DNA from: Dicyema japonicum
Lineage: Eukaryota; Animalia; Dicyemida
Direction of reading: 5' to 3'
DNA length: 32,781 nt
NCBI GenBank assembly: GCA_011109175.1
Contig: RDEW01000113.1
Coordinates: forward strand, 40,011 to 72,791
The notes under the pieces are model-generated. The model was not told the origin of the DNA. It did no database searches and saw nothing but the letters and a program-made list of their open reading frames with translations. Positions 1-10,599 of this stretch are shown here, piece after piece (position 1 is the stretch's first letter; every line of letters begins with the position of its first letter). Position numbers and translations under genes: made by a program.

Positions 1-110
1 TTTTTTTCGCTTCCTAAAGAAACTCGGACACCTAGCTACACTAAAAAGCCACGACGCGCGTGATGCGAAGACTTCTCCAGTTGATCTCATGATCGGCGTA
101 TTCAGGCCTC
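1..110 (+). mobile_element. 3' tip of a CRE-like non-LTR retrotransposon (RLE C-terminus), degenerate
   Basis: Reads FRFLKKLGHLATLKSHDARDA, then after a frameshift LLQLIS. This matches the FLxxLG...WLxQxIS end seen in the better-preserved copies at 19262 and 23471. Confidence 0.45.
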
Positions 111-939
111 ATTTATTGGTTAGGGACATCTTTTAAGGGAAAAAAGTTAAAGTAGACAACTAATTAAGTGTATCCAGTTTCCACTTCTACAGAAACAGAG
201 TCATCCGGAATCAACATAAAGGGTAAAAGACGTCTATACTTGCAGTTGTGGAAACCCCTCCAGTGGAGGTAATTTTAATTTAAATAAGAAACAAAAAAAA
301 TAAATAAATAATAAAAAAATAAAAAAAATAAATAAATAAAAATAAGAAACATGACAGTCCCTGGCTCAAAAATAATCTTTACAGAGGACTGGGTCAAATA
401 TGTTATCATTTTCATACATCCTGATTGTCACTTAGTTTTAACAAACACGTTGAAGTGCTTTGAATCAAATTATAATGAAAATTCCTCCGAGAAATAGCTA
501 AACACACGAACGGCCTGTAAAATGATGGCTTACCTTATTGTACAACTAATTCATTAGGACGGCGTTAAACTATGCCTCTTCAATCTGGGTACCTTGCATA
601 GCGTTCTCCCTCCTATAAAAGTTGCGGTAGGTTCAAAGCTGAGCATTGAACGCTGTAAATTGAGTGTTTGAAATCATCTCACGTCAAGCGCTTACATTAG
701 GAGCAAAAGATTCTGTCTCTGGGTGACCACTTTGAATTGACGAAATTACAATTTCTTCGACTATCACTTGATCTGAAAAATCCAACCATCCCATTCCTTT
801 TATCCACAAACCTTAGACACATACGGATAAAATTAACTGATCACCAAAGAACACTAAAGAGAATCTTTCTTCTGACAAAAGACTAAACCAGGACTAAATG
901 TAAACATGACTTTGTATCTAGACGTGCAATCGAACCCTG

Positions 940-1020
940 GTAGAGAACAAGATACTGTACCGCATTTCCCGGCCTCAAAGGGTAATGTGGTCATCCCGTC
1001 CCGTCAGATAAAATAACCAA
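940..1020 (-). mobile_element. CRE-like RLE micro-fragment
   Basis: Minus strand reads ...GMTTLPFEAGKC..., equivalent to PDGMTSFPFERGRNL in the 23471 copy. Confidence 0.35.
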
Positions 1021-1609
1021 ACAACTTTCAAATAAGCGATGAAAAACAATAAAGCAAGATAGTTGATAATAATAAGCATGAGAGATGCCGAATTGAAGAA
1101 GGTAGTGGCCAGATATCATAAATAGAGCTGCATAATCAAACGATACTGCAAAAAAAGATTTGTCTCAAAAATATGCCTGTACAATCGGCATTGACTTTTG
1201 TGTTGCTAAGTAGTTCTATTAATGACTCACAGAATACTTTGAAGAACAAAGAAGTACGAGCCTACTTTTTCGACTTTTCCGTTAATCCTATTTATTATGA
1301 AGACCTCACTAGATTTGAATTTTCAGGTCAGAAAACGAATTCTACAAGGAAACACATGGAGTTCTGCTTACACGACACGTCGCCCGCTGAGAGTTTCAAA
1401 AAACGTCACACGAGCTCGATATTGGGCAATGGGAAATAATTACCGGTATTTTGAATGTTTGGCTAAAACAGAGGAAGGATGAATGAAATTTTTGACGTAA
1501 TTTATATTTTTAGTTGTTTATTAAAAGTATATATTTTATTTTAATTTGAATACACTTTATTTTAGTATTTATAGACTTTGTTGATGAATTATATGTCATG
1601 TTATTCCAA

Positions 1610-1870
1610 ATTAGGTCGTGTCCGACCCTTGGAGATCTCATGAGCCAATTTTCTTTACTCTCCCCGATCTGTTGCAATTTGGAGTAGCCTTGATATAGGC
1701 ATTCCCGTGACGTCTTCTACCGTGGATAGCTACCGATTTTTCGGTCGACCAGGTCTCTCTTCTTAGTAATATTGCTTCAGCTCAATGGTTCTTTCTAGGA
1801 AATTTGAGCGGACAACATGCCCAAAGAATGTCATCTAGATCAAACTATTATGTTTGCAAAACGGAGATTC
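1610..1870 (-). mobile_element. RTE (BovB-like) LINE 3' end
   Basis: Reverse complement of 1621-1740 is close to 90% identical by eye to 27511-27632. It encodes FFGHVVRS and ends in the RTE-type gggtcggacacgac terminus. Confidence 0.75.
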
Positions 1871-2039
1871 AAGTTATTTCTAATAAAAAATATGGGAATC
1901 AATTGAGGCCGTAAAGACTATCAATCGGCTTATAAATGGAAAAACAGATTATGAAATGCTCGGAATTAAGCACGATACTACTGCGTATATTAGTCATCTG
2001 AGTTTTAGTGAGGAAATTAACAAAGTCTATAAAAAGTAG

Positions 2040-2990
2040 GCAATTCTGCTTCATCCTTACAAATGCTGTCTACCTGGAATGATCTTACCATTCATCTAAG
2101 GACTCTCTCGTATGTTACTGTTATTGATATCTTGTTACAAACTTCGGACTGGACCTACTACTGACTCTGTCGAACGGAGAAAGCTGGCTGAGTATTCTGC
2201 ACTTTGGATTTGATTTCATTAAGATCCAATACCCCTTGAGACTTTGGGAGTGGTCAGGTCTGTTACCAGTGATAATTATTTGGTTCTACCGCTGTCTTGG
2301 GTTGTTAAATAAATAATAGTGTCTCTTTACAAATTATACAAACGCGAGAGGATAATGGCCTTCGATTTCGTTCGCTGAATCAATTTGATGTCCACTGCTC
2401 TTTTTCACAAGTCAACCAGTCTGAAAATATTCTTGGAAGGGAGCTACGCGGTATTGCCTCACTACTATTTCCATGGGTTGTCTCCAAAGTGTGACCAAAC
2501 TAGAATTCTTGAACCGTTCGCTCAGACAGTCACTCAAGAAGGTCACTCTGACCTTCTTTAAGAGGGTCTTATGTAGAGACGGACTAAAAGATTCTTGTTT
2601 TCATTGGTAAGCATCAGTTTTCTGTAAGTTCTTAACATTATGCAGTACCTAGGACATCCCTTCTCAGAATAACTTGTAAAGACATGACTCTATTCAGTTG
2701 TTGTTTCTCGTTGATCTGGAACCTACGGCATGAATTAGAAACGGAGAAAGAAATAAATGGTAAACCAACAAATTGTGCGAGTTCAAGATCATCAACAATA
2801 ACAATGCCCATCAGGATACGTCATTATGTTAACTAAACTGGTGAATCAATATTAATTTCAGTCACCAATTTGTTCTACATCAATATACCACCCCCCGTTA
2901 ACGAATAATAGACGCTATGTCCACAAAATGACTAGAAGCTCTCACCAAGAAATCCCTGACTATCTTTGAACCAAATAAAATATTTTCAAA
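2040..2990 (-). pseudogene. Heavily decayed APE-type LINE (endonuclease plus linker)
   Basis: APE-like GGGIL and ILNSHNL remnants at about 2750-2900. Segments ataatgttaagaact and gaacggttca align with 27800-27905, which lies just upstream of a recognisable RT. Confidence 0.45.
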
Positions 2991-3139
2991 CAAACAATTT
3001 TATTTAATTATTTATGAAAGTAACAGTAACGGGAAAATAATATTAAATGCAATTGTGGAGAACAATATTGAAAAATATTTCAAATTACAGTTTCTCTAAC
3101 AATGGATAGTTTTTTGTTAATTTCCTAACATTACTTATA

Positions 3140-3760
3140 CTTTATTTTGTTCCCTTCTTGAGCAAGACGGCCCAGAAATGGGATATCCATTTTTCTCAGA
3201 ATCGACTTGTGCAGCCTCACCATTTTTTGTGGATCTGCAGTGGACCACAAAGGATTTTACCCGCTCTTTTGTCGTACCAGCAATGGTCAATTCCAGAGGC
3301 ATGCCGCCATCAACAGGGTCGTGAAGCGCTCTCTTGAGGCGGCTAGATTCCCGTAATCTGTGAATCGGTGGGCCTGGATCGTGAAGACGGGAACCGCATA
3401 ATGGGGTAAGTGGCTTTTTTCTCTCGGAGAAATGCTTGATTTGGGATGAGGCCTGCACCGACTACTTTTTCCAGTAGAGACTTCCTGGTTCCGCGTTAAA
3501 AGCTGAAGGGGCTGCTTGAACTTTCGAGAATTTCAATAAAAGAAAATACGACAGCCTCTCCACCGGATTCCACGTACGGACCGTAGTCGTCGAAACGAGT
3601 TGAGTCTTCAAGAACAAGACGGTAACTTTTCTAACATCACTTGAATCAATGATATCGAAAGTGACTAATGAACGTCAGGAAGCTGAACGCTGTTCCAAAG
3701 GATTTCTCTGGCATTTGTCAGGGACAACAGTCAATCCATAGTTTTTCTTACAATTAATCA
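3140..3760 (+). mobile_element. 5'-truncated CRE-like element (zinc knuckle plus RLE), degenerate
   Basis: Contains RHAAINRVVKRSLEAARF, GLDREDG, (K)CLIWD and KRKYDSLS-like motifs. 3495-3750 is homologous to the reverse complement of 29850-30140. Confidence 0.75.
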
Positions 3761-3839
3761 ATATGAAAAAAATTAAATTCATAATTAAAACTAAATAAAT
3801 AGAACTACAAATTAATTATAAATTATAATAATTAGTTAA

Positions 3840-4900
3840 TCATAAACAGCAGTACATTGATCGTAGTTTGCGCGAAAATTTCTTCCCCTAAAATTACAAA
3901 CAATTAGAATACTTGAATGTATTCATCGGGATTAAACTTTCTGTCACGAATCGACTTAAAATTAAAACTCTGAATATTATTTATGAATTCTACTTTGAAA
4001 AAAGGATGTTTGAGTACATCATCATCATTTAAGGATCCTAGTCTATCGTGAGGGGATTTAATTAATAACTGAGATTCAACAAATTCAAAACCTTTGATAT
4101 TAAATTCCTACATTTCACATTCGTCATCAAAGGGAAGCGAGGATTGTGATGTAGAATATCCCAATAAAGTTCGCGAGTATTCGTTTTAAAATAAGGAAGC
4201 TAAAATTAATAAAGTAAACTATACTTTTCCAAAGTACATGTAATAAATTATTATACCAAGGGACCACCAATCAGCACTATATGAAATTTTATTGTATCTC
4301 AGTATTTCGGGAGAAAAATAGTGAGGTGATCCATAGTTTGAATGACAAAATGATTTACGACTGTCGTTCATTTTACTCAAATGAAAATTAGTTATTTTCA
4401 CATAACCGTCAGTCCCCAACATTAGATTCTGTAACTTAAGATCGCTAAAATTACAAAAGTAAAAACCTATGGATGATCTTGTTAGCATGCAAGAACTCTA
4501 CTCCAAGAGCTACACAGGCTGAGTAAAACTTTATTTGTCTATAAGAGAAGCGTTGCTTTTGCATTAAACGTTTCTAAATCACCCATCTGCATGTACTCAT
4601 TGGAAGGAAGAGATAGACTAACAATTAATAGAATCCCAACATTATCAAAATAATATGACTTTAAGTGGACAAAAAATATATTATTTGTTCTTGTGACTAA
4701 ATCAAATACTTTCACTTCATTTATTATTCTTTGCAAGTGACTGAAGCCGTAAGACTATGAAGTCTCACTGCGCATTGTTTAGGTTTTTATCTTTGCACAA
4801 ATCAACCTATTTATTAATATAACGTGACTTTTCCAAATGATCCATTTCCAATTTCTTTACTATTGTGTAATCAGTTGGGGATCTATTATTGAATATATTA
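3840..4900 (-). pseudogene. AGC-group (PKC/PKN-like) Ser/Thr kinase-like gene, pseudokinase or pseudogene, with 7 mini-introns
   Basis: Motifs: IGNGSFGKV G-loop, QIKFYSACVALGVEFLHANKII, DLKLQNL, YGSPHYFSPE, DWWSLG, DRLGS...HPFF. GT-AG introns at 4807-4828, 4618-4640, 4445-4466, 4200-4224, 4069-4091, 3970-3993 and 3888-3912 (22-25 nt); the C-lobe is fully in frame once spliced. The N-lobe has several small frameshifts. Further 5' exons up to about 5370 are possible. Confidence 0.85.
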
Positions 4901-5553
4901 TATTGTTTACTCTCAATTTGCAAATTTTCTTCGTTCAATAAGTTTTTCAAAGTTACAATAAACTATTTCTCCATATTCGAAAATATTTCTTTTTCGTATT
5001 TATAGTCAAGGCATTAATTTTTTATTACTAATTATTTGTTTAGTCCACAGTTAAAATTTCCACGTATTTTATTTCATTCCTAAATTACAATCGTCTAACA
5101 CAAGTTTACTAAAAAAAATAATCGATTTACTTGCCATCAAAAAGGTATCAAAAGCATCCCAAGACGTTGGAGGTCATCGTCTAAAACAGGAGGAGTGAGT
5201 CAAGATTGGTGACATATAATTATTTCACAAAACGTCTACTTAGCCTTTGTTTCCATTCACATGGGCATGGAAGTGATTGACTTATGAAACATCGGAAATC
5301 GGGTGTTCGGAAGAACGGAAAGTCAGACAACGTAAGACAAAAGAATGGAGAGATATTCTCATATCTTCTGATTGAGGAAACTAGAAATTCAGCCATCTAA
5401 TCGATGTTCTTTTTTACAGAAAAAATGTTTTTTAATAGTTCGATTAATGAATTAAATAAATTAAAATAAATATTGTTTGAAAAATTATTTAATTTTATCC
5501 AATAATAAATTTCATTAAAAATTTGAATAAAAGTGAAATTTAATCCCATTTTT

Positions 5554-5805
5554 ATGAGAATTGTCGTTTGTATTTTAAATTTAGAATTTTAGTTAATTTC
5601 ATCATTTCTCTCAATAATATTCTTCCTAGACACCTTTTCTCAAATTACAGCAAGATATTTTTATAATTATTTTCATGGGAATGGAGCCCCTTTACCGAAG
5701 ACTACCATCATTATTATCGTCACTTCTATTTTGGGGATCATTGGTGTAATGTTACTCGGTGGATTTATTTACTCTGAATATCGTAAAAGAATGCGTGTAT
5801 TCTAA
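5554..5805 (+). CDS. Small (~75 aa) putative secreted-pathway single-pass membrane protein
   Basis: ATG at 5554, then a 27-30 nt GT-AG intron ending at 5592 (donor 5563 or 5566). The open frame 5593-5805 has a hydrophobic N-terminus, a TM-like IIIIVTSILGIIGVMLLGGFIY and a basic tail RKRMRVF*. Confidence 0.45.
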
Positions 5806-6197
5806 TCACTAATTTAAAGGGCTGCATTAACAGCCAACCTATTTAATTTCACTTCCTCGATTGACTAACAAATTTAATGACAATGGGTTTATAATTAATT
5901 GTTTACGCATGTTCTGATTTTGAAAAGTTCTCATAAGTCTTGAGTCAATATTCTGTAACCATAAGTTCTTAGACAGTTATAACGGCTGATCGGTAGAACG
6001 AGCAGATTTTCATTTCAAAGGCTAAGGAGACAGGTTCAGAGTGTCTATCAACGGAGGAAGAATTCCCAAAATGAGATTTAAAAATCAATTCGGCCATTGA
6101 AAACGTTTGGTTGGTCTTTTATTGTAAGTTAAATTCAGCAATTTAAATCGATAACTCTTTTTTCTAGAAAGATTTATTCACTTGCTATTTCTCCGTT

Positions 6198-6470
6198 TTA
6201 TCCTTCCTTTAATTGATCTTCGCAGATCAAAACAGGCGCTAGCTCCACCAGATGTATTCTGGCTTCGTAAAATCTGTCATTTTTAGTGACCCAATTGTCG
6301 TGGTGATCTACGTGGTAATTAATTGCATTAACTAGAAAAAAGTGTTGAGGCAAAAGTCGTTGTTCACTGTCATGATATTTTCCACAAGGTTCATGCATCC
6401 AGAAAGTGAGTATCGTCAGCTAACATTATATCTTTATAACAAGTGAACTTAATGTTTTTCGTGAACATTG
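6198..6470 (-). CDS. Putative exons of an unidentified host gene
   Basis: 66-aa ORF extended upstream in frame across a 21-nt candidate intron (gttataaagatataatgttag). No recognisable family. Confidence 0.25.
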
Positions 6471-6594
6471 GAAGTTTACGATTTTAATGCTCTACATTGC
6501 ATTTAAAAATTAGTTGGTCATTCTATGTCACCATCCTTGTAGGAATTTTGTTTTTTGATCATGATCAATCAAAAATGGTTTTAAAACAATTCCT

Positions 6595-6770
6595 AAAATA
6601 TAGAACAAACCCAAATCAAAATTCAGGGTTTCTCCTATGCGGCCTTCGGCCTCGGAGAGGTTGATACTGACTTTTATTAAAAATATAGAGCAAATCCTAA
6701 CCAAAATTCAGACTTAAAGATGGCAACAATCCCCCCTATGCGGCCTTCGGCCGCGGAGTGTTTGATACTT
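6595..6770. repeat. Imperfect two-unit tandem repeat, each unit with a GC-rich GGCC-TTC-GGCC hairpin
   Basis: Units start at about 6595 and 6680 (aaaatataga...aaaattcag). Both carry cctatgcggccttcggcc followed by ...ttgatact; hairpins at 6641-6651 and 6740-6754. Confidence 0.75.
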
Positions 6771-7989
6771 ATATTTTTTGAGTGTATGCCTTTTATTTAT
6801 ACATACTTCGAGTATTGCTTCAATGATCAAATATTTTTAACCAAAATTTGATAAAATTTTTGGATTTGCATCTTCATCTTGCCTCGGGAGTAGATAGTCC
6901 CCCATTTTTATTATTTCTTCATCGATCTTCTCGAATTCGAATTCGTCGACATCAAGTCTCGAAATTCCGTAGATTTTACTTCTAGGAGACTGTATAGTCG
7001 ATCGCGTCCGAAAAGGATCAATTGATGTTCATACTACTATCATGAAAAATACTACCTCGATCATTTTCAGTTCTCTCTTTTGAATCGTAAAAAATCGGAG
7101 TTTTACATTATCTGAAATGAAATAACAGTTTTCATCCTGAAATGTTAACATTTTTACCAAAAATCTGATTTTCATTCTTTGTTTAGGCCCAATATCGCAC
7201 GGCACTACATCTTGCGACTGAAATATCTTAATTTCGTTCAGTTCTTGTGTTATCAGTTTATAGAAACCCACAAAAATGATTTATCTCGTGTTGTTAATTA
7301 TTTAAAAAAAGAATATTTTTTAGTTTTTTTTTATAACAAATCTAATAAATATCCTCTATTTATTTTGTGTAATTATTTTTTGGAAATAAGCTAGACATTC
7401 CTCCAACGGCGTTTCCTTCAACGGACTGTGACAATCTATGTTGTGTCCTTTGACTTCCTACAATTAATCAGACAATTTAATAAATCAATTTATGCATACA
7501 AAAGATTTTATCTGTTAAGTTTTTTTGTTGTACAGTAAAATATTTTCCCATCGGTTGGTAGAATGGAATCGCATTTTTAATCGCAAAGTGACACTCGAAT
7601 TAATTTTTTGCGATTATTTAATTAACTTATTTATTTTTTTAAATAAAATAATATTTTTTTTAAACCGAGAGGTTTGGCCTCAAAATCAAAAAAATTAAAG
7701 GGTTATTCAATACAGGCAATTGCATCTACGATTCGCCTGAAATCCTAATGAAATCGACTATACAGAGTAAATCTATAATTAACCGGATCCGTAAACTGAC
7801 TGATCCAAAGTGCATTGTCCGGAAAGCTGAGGTCGAAGGAGATCTCCTCTCTAGGAGGGAAACACTATAGAAAGTCCTTGACCCATATTTTTTGGGATTT
7901 ATCTAATGTTGAAAGGCATTGGCATTTTAATTAACATAATTAGTAATAATATGTGACATATTCGATTAATCATATTTTTGGGATTTCTC

Positions 7990-10160
7990 TAATATAGAAA
8001 GACATCCTTATCTTTCGTTTCATGAATCATTCCAAGACCACGTTTGAATGCTTATTCGAAACAAATGATTTTAATACCAGATTGATGATCCCTCAGACTT
8101 CTAACTATCCTAGAAGTCACAATCCCTCACAATCTCTGTTGGGAACTATTATTATAAACACTTATCTCCTTGTCATAGTGGTTATAGCTAAGAATGTGCA
8201 ACAAAATAATGTATCCTCTTCCATCCTCCACGGTTACAGACAATTGATATCAGCTCGTCCAGAGGCATTTCCTCACTCTTTGGAGGTCTTTGTTTAGTAT
8301 GATAGGGAGTTTAACCATTGGTCGGCCACAGAAGTATTTCCACTCAAACAGGAAGTGATCTTCCAGCATTTGAAATCCTGGCAGGCCACTTAAAATCCCG
8401 GGTTCACGGAAAAATCAGTATCTAATGTTGATATCACGATGAAAGCTTAGCCAGAAAGTGTTGAAATCAAAATTGGCGGATCTCGAGTGGAAATTCCTTG
8501 TGAAGAAATTATAGGGACAGAACAGCCCGGGAACAAAAGAGGGGACTGAGAAGGGAATGCATATTAATTCTTTCCTTGTATACTTTATTTCTCTCATTGA
8601 CTTTATTCTGCCAGTACAAGCTGCCTCTTAGTAAATCGTTGATTTTGTTATCTTTGGGGCAAAAATTGGCCATTTATCTCAGCTACAGCAAATTAAATCC
8701 TGTTTAACGGATTAAATAGCACCTTGAAGTGAATGAAGCAGAATTTGACTTGCTGTGTGATTATTTAGTAAAATTGTTGTAAAAGTGCTCTTTACTGGAT
8801 TTTCTCTAAAAGAAGCTAAACTGGCCCAGAGGAAGGTTATTGGACCAACTACATTATAATTCAGCTCCTACAGTGTTCCATGGTTCAAAGTTTCCTTTTT
8901 TCTGAGAGGAGAGATTTCAAAATACAATAATGCCTCACATATTAAACGTGGCTCGTAAAAAGGACAGTTGGGAGGTTTGAAGTGAATTCTTACTAATTTC
9001 CCCGGATATTTTGACCTTCAATCAACTTTAAGACACGTGCTCCGTGTTTCTGTTTTTATTTGACTATGGCTTGAAGAACCGCATGGAAGTTGTGATCCAT
9101 TCGACAGTCATGTGCTTTAATTCAATATTTGAGAATGACCATTCGGATATTGGCATCCTTCTTACTCTGATCAAACGTATAAACTCATTTTTGTTGACCC
9201 AAACGCAGTTCAGTCGTTTGTTTGATCTCCAAGATTGACAGACAGGGCTGCCTTTACTCAGTATTGTATCATTCCATACTTCTCGGATGTTTTGAAAGAT
9301 GGCGTCAATCGGATGATATTGGGATCCTGTTGAAGAATATTTACCTTCAAGCGAGCAGAGGAGTCGTTAAGGGTTGATAAAGTTGGAAAAGACCACAGAA
9401 GCTGTATTTTTTACTATTAAGCTAAGATTTCACTCTGGAATGTTGGTTGAGGGATGCTAATTTGACTTTGTCATGTTGTTCCCATCTAAAGTTCGAAGAG
9501 GCTTTTTGAAAATGAGTTTGTATGATATTTCCCGCGTTTTAAAGCGTGAACATGCTATTTGTGGAATTCACGGATACAAAGATAACTTTACAGACAGCCA
9601 ATACGACTAGTTTTGTCAAAATCGACCAAATATATACAATTTCCCACATTACTTATGTGGAAGACTCGGAGAAGGTGAAATCAACATATCCCGTTGATAT
9701 TGTCGGACTAAAAGGTCAGAGTTACTCCCCAAAATCCGCCAGAACAATCGAATCAATGAGAAGCATTTCCTGAACAAGTTTCTGTCTAGTTGCACAAATT
9801 TGTTAACAATAAAAGAGAAGAAAGCAAGTTGAGATAATTTACTAAGCGTTCTTTCATCATACTCAAAAGTGGAGACCTTCACGGAACTCTCTATGCGTTC
9901 AGAATGAATACTGAGTATGAAAGAATCCATGTGGTTTCATCTAGCTACAACTTCAAGTGTTGTATGTGACAAAAGTCTAATATTCTGAAAGGGATGTATG
10001 AGCCTTTCAGAATATGATCCTTACAAACTCTTATAAAGAACACCGGTTTGTAAGCCACCTCGCTTTGATACGAATTTTGTTGTTTTGAGTAAGTCAAGAG
10101 ACTCCAGTAAGGAGATAGTCAGTAGAGTCCAAAAGTGAAGTAACGCGGGTAAATCAAGGG
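7990..10160 (-). pseudogene. Long decayed intronless ORF B (~700 codons), unknown, possibly glycoprotein-like
   Basis: One frame continues from about 10160 to 9065 and a second from about 9060 to 7990, broken mainly by scattered in-frame stops. The N-terminus is hydrophobic (PALLHFWTLLTISLL), and Cys and aromatic residues are frequent. Confidence 0.5.
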
Positions 10161-10164
10161 TTGA

Positions 10165-10560
10165 GCAATAAGCCACTAATTCACACTTGTTATAGATGAT
10201 TTCCAGTCAAGCCTAGACACACAAACCATTACTTCACGAAAATATGGTCCGGGAGACCACTAAAGTGTGAGTCGATAGCCAGTAGTGTCCAAATGTGGGG
10301 TCAAGTGGGTCCAGGGGATTTGAGATATAAACAACTGCTTCCCACGTTTTATCCGGTGATTTCAAGTTAAGCTTTAAGCCAAAAGCCACTACTTACTACG
10401 TGTTATTCTGTGATTTCTAGTCAAGCCTTCAGCCAAAATCCACTAGTTCACGAAAGTATGGTCAGGAGACCACTAATGCGTTAAGTCGAGTTGTGTCCAA
10501 ACGTGTGGTCACGTGGTTCATGCTTTGAACCATAAGCCACTACTTCACGAAAATATTGTC
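10165..10560. repeat. Degenerate direct-repeat spacer (~190-210 bp units)
   Basis: Recurring aagccacta(c/a)ttcac, ttcacgaaa(a/g)tatggtc, gagaccactaa and gtgtccaaa blocks at about 10170, 10230, 10382, 10420 and 10533. Confidence 0.7.
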
Positions 10561-10599
10561 CGTAAGAGTGTTAACAGTTAATAATAAATACCATAGGAA

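Noticed and set aside
270-350. A-rich (aaat)n tract as a retroelement tail
   Set aside because: Low-complexity sequence that is not directly attached to an identifiable element end.
1060-1482. 88-aa and 61-aa ORFs
   Set aside because: No recognisable motifs or supportable splice structure; left unannotated.
3135-3458. 107-aa minus-strand ORF
   Set aside because: It is antisense to the CRE-like fragment on the plus strand.
6800-7394. Short ORFs on both strands (7029-7271, 7179-7394)
   Set aside because: May be exons of a host gene, but no family or consistent splice model could be supported.
7990-9060. In-frame TGA codons suggesting a TGA=Trp (mitochondrial) code
   Set aside because: The same frame also contains several TAA and TAG codons, so ordinary nonsense decay explains it.
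10165-10560. CRISPR-like array
   Set aside because: Repeats are degenerate and irregular, there are no unique spacers of constant length or cas genes, and the context is eukaryotic.
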